32,000 nt of DNA from Promethearchaeota archaeon (GTDB lineage: Archaea > Asgardarchaeota > Hermodarchaeia > Hermodarchaeales > Hermodarchaeaceae): contig JBHLMI010000016.1 in assembly GCA_048938295.1 (NCBI GenBank), positions 22,973 to 54,972 on the forward strand, given 5' to 3'. Position 1 is the first letter of the stretch. Each line of letters opens with the position of its first letter. Under the pieces are notes generated by a model. That model was not told where the DNA came from and ran no database searches. It was given only the letters and a program-made list of their open reading frames with translations. Positions 8,308 through 17,586 of this stretch are shown in pieces. The translations under genes were made by a program, and so were the position numbers.

Positions 8308-8730
8308 CTAATCAATAGTTCTACCAGACTCCGAAAGCGGATGCCCATAACATTCAAGTTTGAAGGCTTTGTACCAGCCGAATGGGCTTTGATGCACCAC
8401 GAAACCTTGTTCTTGTAAGGTCTTTAGCAGGGCTTGCAATAGCTTAACAGCGAACTTAGGTTTGGCAAGTTTTCGGGGAAAGATATGAGCGTGTGGATAC
8501 AAGATAATCCTCTTCACCTTGACTCGTTGAGCCACTAACTGAATTTCTTCTGTTGCTTTTCGCACAATTTCGGATAATTGTTCTTCGTCGGTGGCTTCCA
8601 CAGCGCAAAAGACAATTAAGCAGTTTTCGAATTCTTGCCATACATCCTCCTCCGCTTCATCACGAACACTGATCTTTACCGGTTCAGTTGGTTTGTAGGC
8701 TAGATTTCCGTGAAAAATTAACAAACGCAA
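8308..8730 (-). CDS. Free-standing archaeal threonyl-tRNA synthetase editing domain protein
   Basis: Matches the archaeal ThrRS N-terminal editing domain: MRLLIFHGNLAYK..., VFCAVEATDE, IILYPHAHIFPRKLAKP, SPFGWYKAFKLECYGHPLSESGRTI. No catalytic class II core follows. Confidence 0.85.
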   Translation of the reverse strand: MRLLIFHGNLAYKPTEPVKISVRDEAEEDVWQEFENCLIVFCAVEATDEEQLSEIVRKATEEIQLVAQRVKVKRIILYPHAHIFPRKLAKPKFAVKLLQALLKTLQEQGFVVHQSPFGWYKAFKLECYGHPLSESGRTID

Positions 8731-8747
8731 CGCATTTCACCATACTC

Positions 8748-10127
8748 TTACTTTACTTTCAGATCTTCGAGAGCATCAGATACGATTTGGAGTCCTTGGT
8801 TGACTAATGTCTTTACTCGGGTTTCAGTTTTTGCTTCTGCAAAGACACGAAAGATAGGTTCTGTTCCAGAGGGGCGGAGAAGAACCCAACCATCGGTGTA
8901 TCGAAATTTGATTCCATCGATGGTGCTGCACTCCGCTTCTGAGGGGGCATATCCTTTGATGAGCTCAAGGAGGTCCTCTTTCTCCTGATGACTGCAGTGA
9001 ACGCTCTCTTTAACTTGATGATAAGTGGGAAATTGGCGATCTAGCTCTTCCAGAGATTTGTCTTCTAGCTCCATTAGTTCGAGAATCTTTAGTGCGGTAA
9101 GCATCCCCTCTCGGGCCCAAGACCAGCCGCGATAAATAACTCCCCCATTTTCTTCACCCCCAATCACCGCATTTTTTGCTTTCATTGCCTGGACTATAAA
9201 TGGTTCACCGACCCGCGTTTCGACTATCTCTGCATCAACGAGGCGAGCAACTTCGTGGATGATATCGCTGGTCGCAACTTGTGTTACGATACGCTTTGGC
9301 TTCTCCTGTAGGTCTCGAAGCGAATGATATGCTGCTAGTGCGAAGACGCGATCACCCATAAGGTATCGACCTTGATCTGTGATGAAGATGATTCGGTCGG
9401 CATCACCATCCCAGGCAATCCCCACATCGAGTTCATTCTTTTTAACGGTCTGAATTAATTCTTGGAGATTCGCTTCTTTTGGCTCTGGTAGCCGGTTAGA
9501 AAAAAGACCATCAGGCTCGCAGTAAAGAAGCTTGGTCCGCACCTCTATCGCATTCAACAGGGCAGGAACAACCATCGCCGCTGCGCCTCCACCACAATCA
9601 GCAGCAACATGGAACTGCCGTTTAATCAGACGTTGTCCATCAACCTGCTCGAGCAAGGCTTCGATATACTGCAACCTGAAATCCTCAGAGGGGACGAGAC
9701 GGCCGCAAGCCTGCCATTCACGTAAGGATCTGTCTTCAGCAAAATAGTAGTCTTCAACTGCATGTCCCATTTCTACCGTAAAGGATGCGCCATCTGGGCC
9801 CCATAATTTAATGCCATTGTATTCTGGTGGGTTATGACTTGCTGTAATCATTACCCCCCCATCCAATTTGAGTCGTGGAATGGCATAAGCTAACAGTGGT
9901 GTGGGAACCAGACCAAGAATATGAACATTACAACCTCCCCCCATCAAGCCAGCACTAAAAGCAAATCCAAGCATTTCACTGGATTGTCGCGAATCCCAAC
10001 CTAGACCGATGGTCTTCTGTCCTTCAAGATAATCTGCTAGTGCATGGCCCACATCATGTGCAACTGTTGCCGTGAGTTCTTTATTGACGATGCCACGGAA
10101 TCCTTGGGTCCCAAACAATCGGGTCAA
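8748..10127 (-). CDS. Alpha-D-phosphohexomutase (phosphoglucosamine/phosphomannomutase family), paralogue 1
   Basis: Catalytic MITASHNPPEYNG, metal loop DGDADR, sugar loop GGEENGG, phosphate loop RPSGTEPIFR. Confidence 0.93.
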   Translation of the reverse strand: MTRLFGTQGFRGIVNKELTATVAHDVGHALADYLEGQKTIGLGWDSRQSSEMLGFAFSAGLMGGGCNVHILGLVPTPLLAYAIPRLKLDGGVMITASHNPPEYNGIKLWGPDGASFTVEMGHAVEDYYFAEDRSLREWQACGRLVPSEDFRLQYIEALLEQVDGQRLIKRQFHVAADCGGGAAAMVVPALLNAIEVRTKLLYCEPDGLFSNRLPEPKEANLQELIQTVKKNELDVGIAWDGDADRIIFITDQGRYLMGDRVFALAAYHSLRDLQEKPKRIVTQVATSDIIHEVARLVDAEIVETRVGEPFIVQAMKAKNAVIGGEENGGVIYRGWSWAREGMLTALKILELMELEDKSLEELDRQFPTYHQVKESVHCSHQEKEDLLELIKGYAPSEAECSTIDGIKFRYTDGWVLLRPSGTEPIFRVFAEAKTETRVKTLVNQGLQIVSDALEDLKVK

Positions 10128-10205
10128 CGGAGTCTCCTCTTGTAATCATCAACCCTACCTGCAAAGGTATTAATCTGTGGGCTAGCTCAGTTCCGCTATA
10201 TCCAA

Positions 10206-10925
10206 CTAAAACATATTCGGGGAAATGTTTTGGCGGGATACAAGTGATCGCGTCTCTTCAATGTGAGTTCCGATTTCTTTGCGGATCACTTCGATACGAT
10301 CCGCCTCAAGATAAGGCTCCATGGTCCATAGGAGCAATCCAGTATAGAGTTCCTTTGGATCTATGAGTTCCTCAATATTCCGGATTGTTTTCAATCGAAA
10401 CAGGTACTCGTCCTCGTACATGCAGACTATTTCACAAAGCTTCCGGCTAAGGGCATCGACGTTTTCAACCAATTGATGAATCCGTGGTTCATTGCTTCCC
10501 TCAGAGCTGAGCAGATTGCCTCCACGGCGTTGCAACTCAGAGACCCGTTTTTCCATTAACCGCATTTTTCTGATCGAGCTTTCAAAATCAGATGCTAGGG
10601 CTAACAACTTGGGGAGCACCTTATCGAGGAGTCCCATGTTTTTGGTGATAGCTCGATCGATGATACCCTCAAAAGAAGTGAGTTTTCCAAGATCCTCGAT
10701 ATTACGAAGGTAATTGATTTTGGATAATGAGCCAAGGATGACTCGAATGGGTCGAAGTGAACTGCGGTGTGCTGATTCCCACCGATTCATGGCGTCGTCC
10801 AGACCTCCCGTGACTTCCCGCATTGAGCGCCCGAACTCACGGATGACCGCAGCAAGATGGTCTTCATCCATTGATTGAGAATTCCCTAAGGAATCTGCAG
10901 ACTTAACGACCCGCATCCTAACCAC
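10206..10925 (-). CDS. Hypothetical coiled-coil/helical protein
   Basis: Long uninterrupted ORF, predicted mostly helical; no recognised family. GTG or ATG start possibilities. Confidence 0.6.
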   Translation of the reverse strand: MVRMRVVKSADSLGNSQSMDEDHLAAVIREFGRSMREVTGGLDDAMNRWESAHRSSLRPIRVILGSLSKINYLRNIEDLGKLTSFEGIIDRAITKNMGLLDKVLPKLLALASDFESSIRKMRLMEKRVSELQRRGGNLLSSEGSNEPRIHQLVENVDALSRKLCEIVCMYEDEYLFRLKTIRNIEELIDPKELYTGLLLWTMEPYLEADRIEVIRKEIGTHIEETRSLVSRQNISPNMF

Positions 10926-11048
10926 CTTAGAGTAGTCGGCGAATTTAACTTCTTTGCTTTGTGCATTGTAGAAAAAACCACGCTATAAAAAGGGCTTTTT
11001 AAGCATAGCGATATGATGTAAGACGCAGCTCTTGAATGAGGTTTCGAC

Positions 11049-12428
11049 ATGACATGGACGCCCTGCTTCGGCACTAGCGGTATTCGTGGCTCTGTCCCCG
11101 ATGAACTCAATCCTAGGGTTGCTTGGCAAATTGGCTATAGCGTTGCCACGGTTTTCAACCGGGCACCTCTGTTGGTCTGCCATGATAACCGTACAAGCAG
11201 CCCATTGCTGACAAATGCCATCGTTAGTGGATTAATGGCAGGAGGATCTGACGCTCTTTATGGAGGTGAAGTCATCACACCAGCTGTGAGCCTGTATCTC
11301 CGCTACTGTGATTTGGCGGGGGCAATACTAATCACCGGGAGTCATATTCCCGCTCATATGTCTGGGATTGAAGTACTCAGCCATGATGGCGCGCCAGTCG
11401 CACATGATGTTGAATTGCAGATCGAAGCGCTCAATGTGTCGAAAGCCACACCTGTGAATTGGCGAAACCATGGACGGCTTCGACAAGTAACCGATGTAGG
11501 CTCCTTTTGGATTAAAAAGGTCGTAGCACAAGTGGATGCAGATCTCATTGCCAGACGAAAATTTCGCGTTGTTGTCGATGCTGCAAATGGAACAGCCATC
11601 CCCTGGCTGCTAGATGCCATCAAACAACTGGGTTGTACTGTCATTGGGCTTAACACCGAACGGGATCCCATGTTTCCCGGTCGGTCCCCGAATTTACGGG
11701 TTAACTTATTGGAACAAGCGGTTCAGTTGGTGAAACAACATAAGGCGGATTTGGGTGTCGCCGTTGATGGTGATGCTGACCGTGCATTTTTCGTCGACGA
11801 TAAAGGACGGGCAATCATGGGGGATGTTTCTGGCACACTACTGGCTCAAATCGAATTGACCCGTGAAGGGGGAGGCACCATCGTCACACCCATCAATTCT
11901 AGTAACCTCGTTGAAGATGTCGTTGGACAATTCAAAGCTCGCATCGTATATAGCCGCATAGGACCACCAGCGATAGTGGCGGCCATCAAGAAGTATAACG
12001 CACTATTTGCTTTTGAGGAATCTGGTAAAATCATCTACCCCCACCTCAACTACCTTTCAGATAGTGGTCTTGGCACTGCCTATCTGTTGGAGCATTTAGC
12101 AAAAACCGAAAAGCCACTAAGTGAGATTATTGATACATTCCCCAAGTATACCCAATTGAAACGCGCAATTGATTGCCCGAATGGTCTCAAAGAAGCTGTT
12201 AGCTTGCATGCACTTGAAATGGTGAGAAAAGATTATCCCAATGTGCAAGTCAATACCGTAGATGGAGTCAAAGTCATTTTCGATGATGGCTGGTTGCTGC
12301 TTCGTCCCTCCGGTACAGAACCAGTCTTTCGCTGCTTTGCAGAATCCCGTCAGGAAAAACGAGCTCAGGAACTCCTTGCACTCGGGCTCGATTGGATTGG
12401 AGATGTACTCAAATCTGCTGCTTCATAA
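11049..12428 (+). CDS. Alpha-D-phosphohexomutase paralogue 2 (variant active-site motif)
   Basis: FGTSGIRGSVPDELNP, catalytic ITGSHIPAHMSGIE, metal loop DGDADR, FAFEESGK, RPSGTEPVFRCF. Confidence 0.9.
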   Translation: MTWTPCFGTSGIRGSVPDELNPRVAWQIGYSVATVFNRAPLLVCHDNRTSSPLLTNAIVSGLMAGGSDALYGGEVITPAVSLYLRYCDLAGAILITGSHIPAHMSGIEVLSHDGAPVAHDVELQIEALNVSKATPVNWRNHGRLRQVTDVGSFWIKKVVAQVDADLIARRKFRVVVDAANGTAIPWLLDAIKQLGCTVIGLNTERDPMFPGRSPNLRVNLLEQAVQLVKQHKADLGVAVDGDADRAFFVDDKGRAIMGDVSGTLLAQIELTREGGGTIVTPINSSNLVEDVVGQFKARIVYSRIGPPAIVAAIKKYNALFAFEESGKIIYPHLNYLSDSGLGTAYLLEHLAKTEKPLSEIIDTFPKYTQLKRAIDCPNGLKEAVSLHALEMVRKDYPNVQVNTVDGVKVIFDDGWLLLRPSGTEPVFRCFAESRQEKRAQELLALGLDWIGDVLKSAAS

Positions 12429-12455
12429 TATAGCGACATTAAATGGAGAAATATC

Positions 12456-13859
12456 ATGTCTTCAACACAATCCTTGTTTGGAAGCTCAGGTATCCGGGGA
12501 AAAGTCAATGAGTTCATCACCGGTCCATTGGCTATCCAAATTGGTCTAGCTACCGCAGACTATCTACGAGCTTTAGAGAAGCATCCACAGATTATGGTGG
12601 GGCATGATCATCGGACTACTGGTCCGATGCTGACTTCGGCGTTAATGGCAGGCCTTCTTGAGGGGGGAGTTACAGTTACAAAAACCGAGATGGCACCCAC
12701 ACCCTCCATTGCCTATGCGGCGGGAAAAAAGGGCATGCACGCATCGATAATTGTGACCGCGAGTCACAACCCTCCCGAATACAATGGTTTCAAATTTCAC
12801 AATCCCGATGGGGCTGGCTTCTCAGCGACCCAACAGGATGAACTCGAAAAGCGGATTACGAAAGTTGAACCCGTAGATTGGACGCATTTCACTGATTTTA
12901 CTTCGGTTGAAGTCATCCCACATCACCTCGATGCTATAGTGAATGCCTGCGATGTGAATAGGTCATACAATGTTGTTATAGACGGCGCACTCGGCGTCGG
13001 AAGCCTGGTCACCCCCCCAGCACTTCAACAACTACACGCAAGCGTCAAACCCCTTAATGCTCCCCCCGATGGGCAGGAATATGCACACCATTGCCACCCA
13101 TCAAAGATACAAAGTGCCGCAGCAGCGGAATGGCAGCATTTTGTACATCTTGATAATCTCAGCGAAATCGTCACCTCAACTAAAGCACACGTCGGAATCG
13201 CCCATGATGGCGATGCAGACCGCGTTTTAGCAGTCGATGATAAAGGACGAGTTCTAGCAGGGGATATCCTCTTGGCATTAGTGGCAGACTACTACCTCGC
13301 TACCCGGGGAGGTAAGGTCATTGCCACTACCGTGTCAAGCTCGAGCATCGTCGATCATGTTGCAAAGCATCATGGTGCACGGGTTGAGCGGTCCCGTGTT
13401 GGTGATGTGTTTGTTTCCAATCTAGTCAAAGAACATCAAGCCGTGATGGGTGCCGAACCCTCTGGGCCTTTCATCTTCCCAGAGGTACATTATTGTCCTG
13501 ATGGACCACTTGCTGCATGTAAGATACTTGAACTCCTCGAATGGGCAAACCGGTCCCTAAGTCAGCTCGTCGATGATCTACCATCAACCCATTTACTCAG
13601 AGCATCTGTAACTTGTCCCAACGAGAAAAAAGACACTGTGATGAAAGCAATCAAATCAGTATTCGAAGAACGGATGGACATCGAAGACGTGAACCAAATT
13701 GATGGTATTCGTGCCAGTTTCCATGACTCCAGCTGGGTGCTCATCAGACCATCCGGTACAGAACCCGTCATCCGTGTCACAGTTGAAGCATTTTCAGCAC
13801 AAAGGGCAAAGGACCTTCTCAAAGCTGCCCAACAGACGCTAAAACGGCAAATCAGGTAA
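12456..13859 (+). CDS. Alpha-D-phosphohexomutase paralogue 3
   Basis: FGSSGIRGKV, catalytic VTASHNPPEYNGFK, metal loop DGDADR, GAEPSG, RPSGTEPVIRVT. Confidence 0.92.
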   Translation: MSSTQSLFGSSGIRGKVNEFITGPLAIQIGLATADYLRALEKHPQIMVGHDHRTTGPMLTSALMAGLLEGGVTVTKTEMAPTPSIAYAAGKKGMHASIIVTASHNPPEYNGFKFHNPDGAGFSATQQDELEKRITKVEPVDWTHFTDFTSVEVIPHHLDAIVNACDVNRSYNVVIDGALGVGSLVTPPALQQLHASVKPLNAPPDGQEYAHHCHPSKIQSAAAAEWQHFVHLDNLSEIVTSTKAHVGIAHDGDADRVLAVDDKGRVLAGDILLALVADYYLATRGGKVIATTVSSSSIVDHVAKHHGARVERSRVGDVFVSNLVKEHQAVMGAEPSGPFIFPEVHYCPDGPLAACKILELLEWANRSLSQLVDDLPSTHLLRASVTCPNEKKDTVMKAIKSVFEERMDIEDVNQIDGIRASFHDSSWVLIRPSGTEPVIRVTVEAFSAQRAKDLLKAAQQTLKRQIR

Positions 13860-13864
13860 GGAGT

Positions 13865-15148
13865 CTAGTGTCGATCTTCTATTGTCGTTTGCTTGAGCTT
13901 AACATGCACATTGTCAGGTACATCCTTTTGGACAACAATCGAGGGATCAATCCATGAGTTATACCCAATAGTTCGACCTGGTAACACAACTGCTCCACAG
14001 CCGATTTTCGAAGCGTCCCCGATGACAGCGCCAAATTTGTCTGTATGTGTAGACACTAATTGCCCTCCTAGCATTACCTGAACCTCTGAACCATCAAATC
14101 GGTAGTTAGCCAACACGACACTCGCCCCGATCTCTACATCAAAACCAAGGATACTATCACCAACAAAGGCGAGATGACCAATTCTACTTCCAGGTAACAT
14201 CACGGTATTACGAACTTCACAGGAAAAGCCGGCTCGTGCTCCTTGATCGATCACAACGTGATCACGAATTAAGCAATTGTTGCCCACAATGGCATTGGGA
14301 CCGATATAAACGGGTCCCACTAAGGCTGCCCCAGGAAACACTCGGGCGTGCGACCCTATCCACACATCTCCACTGAGATGTGCAGAATCACTAACTGTTG
14401 CGGTTGGATGAATGGAATCGCCTTTCTGTTGACGTAATCGGTCGAAGAGGATGGGAGACGCCTCGAGGATATTCCAACTGCGTCCAACGTCAACCCAGGA
14501 ATCCTTTGAATGGCTCCCGTGGACAGTATGCCCTTCGTCGATGAGTTTCTGAATCCCCCCTTCCAAATCCTGAGTCTTTCGAAGCATGTCAAAGATTGCA
14601 TTGGTGAAAACGTAGACTCCTGCTACGGCAAGATTACTTGGCTCCGTTCCCTTCTTTGGTTTCTCAACAATAGTTGTGATCTCAGTCCCTTCCAAAGCCA
14701 CAACCCCAAACTGCCAAGGGTTCGGCACCTCAAACAATGATAAAGCCATATCGCTAGATTTGGCAGCTTCTACTGTCGCCTTGAAGCGTCTCGTTGTAGT
14801 GATGATGTCACAATCAGTCATTAGGAAACGGTCCTCGTCCGCTAGGCGATCTTCGGCGGCTAGGACTGCGTCGTATTCTCCTTTCGGTTCAGTCTGCTTT
14901 GAGTAGCTGATAGTAACTCCGAAGTCTTCCCCTTCACCAAAATACGCTTCAATTTGCTCACAGAAGTGACCTACAACTAGCACAATGTCTTTCATACCCG
15001 CTTCGCGGACTGTATCAATCACATGGTGCAGCATCGGTTTGCCAAGAAGCGGTATCATGGCCTTTGGTCGATGCTGAGTCAAAGGATGTAATCTTGTGCC
15101 ATACCCAGCCGCGAGAATTAGTGCCTTCAATCTTATTCCCACTTCCAT
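13865..15148 (-). CDS. Sugar-1-phosphate nucleotidylyltransferase with left-handed beta-helix acyltransferase-like domain (archaeal GlmU-like)
   Basis: LKALILAAGYGTRLHPLTQHRPKAMIPLLGKPML at the N-terminus; hexapeptide repeats (VWIGSHARVFPGAALVGPVYIGPNAIVGNNCLI, IGDASKIGCGAVVLPG) at the C-terminus. Confidence 0.9.
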   Translation of the reverse strand: MEVGIRLKALILAAGYGTRLHPLTQHRPKAMIPLLGKPMLHHVIDTVREAGMKDIVLVVGHFCEQIEAYFGEGEDFGVTISYSKQTEPKGEYDAVLAAEDRLADEDRFLMTDCDIITTTRRFKATVEAAKSSDMALSLFEVPNPWQFGVVALEGTEITTIVEKPKKGTEPSNLAVAGVYVFTNAIFDMLRKTQDLEGGIQKLIDEGHTVHGSHSKDSWVDVGRSWNILEASPILFDRLRQQKGDSIHPTATVSDSAHLSGDVWIGSHARVFPGAALVGPVYIGPNAIVGNNCLIRDHVVIDQGARAGFSCEVRNTVMLPGSRIGHLAFVGDSILGFDVEIGASVVLANYRFDGSEVQVMLGGQLVSTHTDKFGAVIGDASKIGCGAVVLPGRTIGYNSWIDPSIVVQKDVPDNVHVKLKQTTIEDRH

Positions 15149-16599
15149 ACGGTTCCGGTCTTTTCGTCTTCTAAGATAATACCCAAGTCCTTGAGTTGAT
15201 TACGGACCTGGTCCGCTGTTTTGAAATCTTTTTGTTTGCGAGCTTGATCCCGAATTTGAATTAGCAGCCTCACTAATCCGTCAACCATTCGGTCATCGTC
15301 TGCACTTGACCGCATCCGTTCACGGTATAGCCCTAACACCTCACCAACAGCATCAAGACTTGTGAAGATTTTTTCTAACGTCCCTGCAGTCACCGATTGA
15401 TTCCCTGCTACCATACTATTCATTGTAGTCAGGAATTTATTCAGGCTAGCGAGGGTTTCAGGGGTATTGAAATCATCATCCATAGCTGAATCAAATTCAT
15501 GCTCGAAAGTGGATAGCGCGTCCCACAGCTTGGTATCTGCCTCCGATGGCTTCCTCGGATTCTTTGTTTCCTCCATCCGGGCTTCGCGAAGCCGGTGCTG
15601 AAGAAGATCGATTGAGTTGTGAATTCGTGCCAACCGAGCCTTTGCTTCCTCAAGCTGAGCATCACTGAAATCAACTGGGCTTCGATAATGTGATGAAATG
15701 AGGAATAAGCGAACGATCTCTGGATCATATTTCGCCGTAATTTCTTGGATGGTGAAAAAGTTCCCCAACGATTTGGACATCTTCTCGCGATTCACCGTTA
15801 AGAAACCATTATGCATCCAATACCGAACGAAGGGTTGACCCGCTAAGGCCTCAGATTGAGCAATCTCATTTTCATGATGGGGGAATACCAAATCAAGGCC
15901 ACCCCCATGAATATCAATGGGGTAGCCTAGATACTTAGTCGACATGACCGAACATTCAATATGCCAGCCTGGGCGACCTTTTCCCCACGGAGAGTCCCAA
16001 CTCGGTTCACCTGGCTTCATAGCTTTCCATAACGCAAAGTCCTCTGGATGCTCTTTCTCTTCGATCACTCCGGCATCCTGATCTTCCTGCTCAAATGGCG
16101 TCTCCTCCCCCTTGTCCCGACGTGATAGGCGACCGTATTGTTTGAACTTTGATACCCGGAAATACACGCTACCATTTGCCTCGTAGGCAACCCCTTTCGC
16201 GATTAATTTGTTGATGTGTTCAATCATCTCTTGGATGTGCTCGGTAGCCTTCGGATAAGCGGTGGCACGTTTCACAAACAGCTTATCAAAATCCTCAAAA
16301 TACTCGTGGATATACTTCGCTGCTAACTTGGCCGTGGTCGTGTTCTGCTCTTGTGCACGATTTATCATCTTATCATCGATATCCGTGAAGTTTTGGATAA
16401 AGCGCATATCATAGCCCTTATACTCCAGATAACGTCGAATTACATCAAAGGCCACAATTGATCGCGCATGGCCCAAATGTGCTGAATCATACACCGTGGG
16501 TCCACAGACATACATGCGAATCTCGCCCTCATGTAGAGGTTTGAAGGGCTCTTTCTTCCGTGAGAGCGTATTGTATACCTGTAACATAGCGTCTCCCAT
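15133..16599 (-). CDS. cysS: Cysteinyl-tRNA synthetase
   Basis: YVCGPTVYDSAHLGHARS, GRPGWHIECSVMS, DIHGGGLDLVFPHHENEIAQSEA, KMSKSLGNF. Confidence 0.97.
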   Translation of the reverse strand: MGDAMLQVYNTLSRKKEPFKPLHEGEIRMYVCGPTVYDSAHLGHARSIVAFDVIRRYLEYKGYDMRFIQNFTDIDDKMINRAQEQNTTTAKLAAKYIHEYFEDFDKLFVKRATAYPKATEHIQEMIEHINKLIAKGVAYEANGSVYFRVSKFKQYGRLSRRDKGEETPFEQEDQDAGVIEEKEHPEDFALWKAMKPGEPSWDSPWGKGRPGWHIECSVMSTKYLGYPIDIHGGGLDLVFPHHENEIAQSEALAGQPFVRYWMHNGFLTVNREKMSKSLGNFFTIQEITAKYDPEIVRLFLISSHYRSPVDFSDAQLEEAKARLARIHNSIDLLQHRLREARMEETKNPRKPSEADTKLWDALSTFEHEFDSAMDDDFNTPETLASLNKFLTTMNSMVAGNQSVTAGTLEKIFTSLDAVGEVLGLYRERMRSSADDDRMVDGLVRLLIQIRDQARKQKDFKTADQVRNQLKDLGIILEDEKTGTVWKWE

Positions 16600-16634
16600 C
16601 TGAATCAGCAGTGCACCCGGTATAAAATACTTTA

Positions 16635-17582
16635 TTACGATCTCCGTTTCTGCGCCTTTGCAGCCGCTAGAACGGTTTGTGCTAGCTTCTTTTTACGGGC
16701 TATAGATGTCATGAGTGTCTGTTCAATTACGACTCTCATTCCTAACTCCTCGATACGGGATGCAAGATGTCGATCCTCTTTGTCGATCACCATAACATCG
16801 AGGAACTCCTGATAGATTTGTGCCACTCCCACAGCTGACACTTCAATACCCTTACCTTCCATAAATTTGTCTGCCGGACCTTTCACTGGTTTCCCCCCAA
16901 TAATCGGTGAAACGGCAATCTTGATAGCATCAGTGTTTTTGACTCCTTCTTTGATACCAGGTACAGCTAAAATAGGTCCGATACTGACAATGGGATTACT
17001 GGGACATATGATGATAATCTCTGCATGTTCTATCGCTTCTAGAACATCTGGACTTGGTGCAGCACTATCGATGCCATCAAAAAGAACATCCTCAACAGTA
17101 TCTTGGGCCTTTCGCTTCACAAGATACTCTTCGAAATGGACTAATCCGATATCGGTGACAACACGTGTTGGCACCCACTGCTCTGTCATGGGGATAATAC
17201 GACAACGGACTCCCAGCAATTCGCTAATTACCTTTGTGGCTTTCGAAAGTGACCAACCCTGTTGCAGCATTGCGGTTCGTGCAAGGTGGGTGCCCAGGTC
17301 TCGGTCGCCTAGCGAAAACCAGGTATCAAATCCCAACTTCTGAAGCGCCTGTAAGGCATGAAATGTATCTCCTTCTATCCCCCAGCCTTTCTCCGGATCC
17401 ACAATCCCAGCAAGGGTGTATGTGACGATATCCACATCAGGAGAAATGTACAAACCCATGAAATTTGCCATATCATCTCCGGTGTTAACGATAATCGTAA
17501 GTTCATCAGATGGCAGCACCCTGACAAGTCCTTCTAAAAACCGTGCTGCACCCACGCCGCCAGCTAACGCTACCACTGACAT
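16635..17582 (-). CDS. cofD: 2-phospho-L-lactate (or phosphoenolpyruvate) transferase CofD, coenzyme F420 biosynthesis
   Basis: ORF-track entry 16635..17681; the CofD N-terminus MSVVALAGGVGAARFLEGL begins at ATG 17582-17580, 4 nt after the upstream stop. Also VNTGDD, LGDRDLGTHLART, PSNPIVSIGPILAVPG. Confidence 0.93.
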   Translation of the reverse strand: MSVVALAGGVGAARFLEGLVRVLPSDELTIIVNTGDDMANFMGLYISPDVDIVTYTLAGIVDPEKGWGIEGDTFHALQALQKLGFDTWFSLGDRDLGTHLARTAMLQQGWSLSKATKVISELLGVRCRIIPMTEQWVPTRVVTDIGLVHFEEYLVKRKAQDTVEDVLFDGIDSAAPSPDVLEAIEHAEIIIICPSNPIVSIGPILAVPGIKEGVKNTDAIKIAVSPIIGGKPVKGPADKFMEGKGIEVSAVGVAQIYQEFLDVMVIDKEDRHLASRIEELGMRVVIEQTLMTSIARKKKLAQTVLAAAKAQKRRS

Positions 17583-17586
17583 AGAC

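Noticed and set aside
16867-17343. 158-aa plus-strand ORF opposite cofD
   Set aside because: Antisense to conserved CofD coding sequence, no protein-family features.
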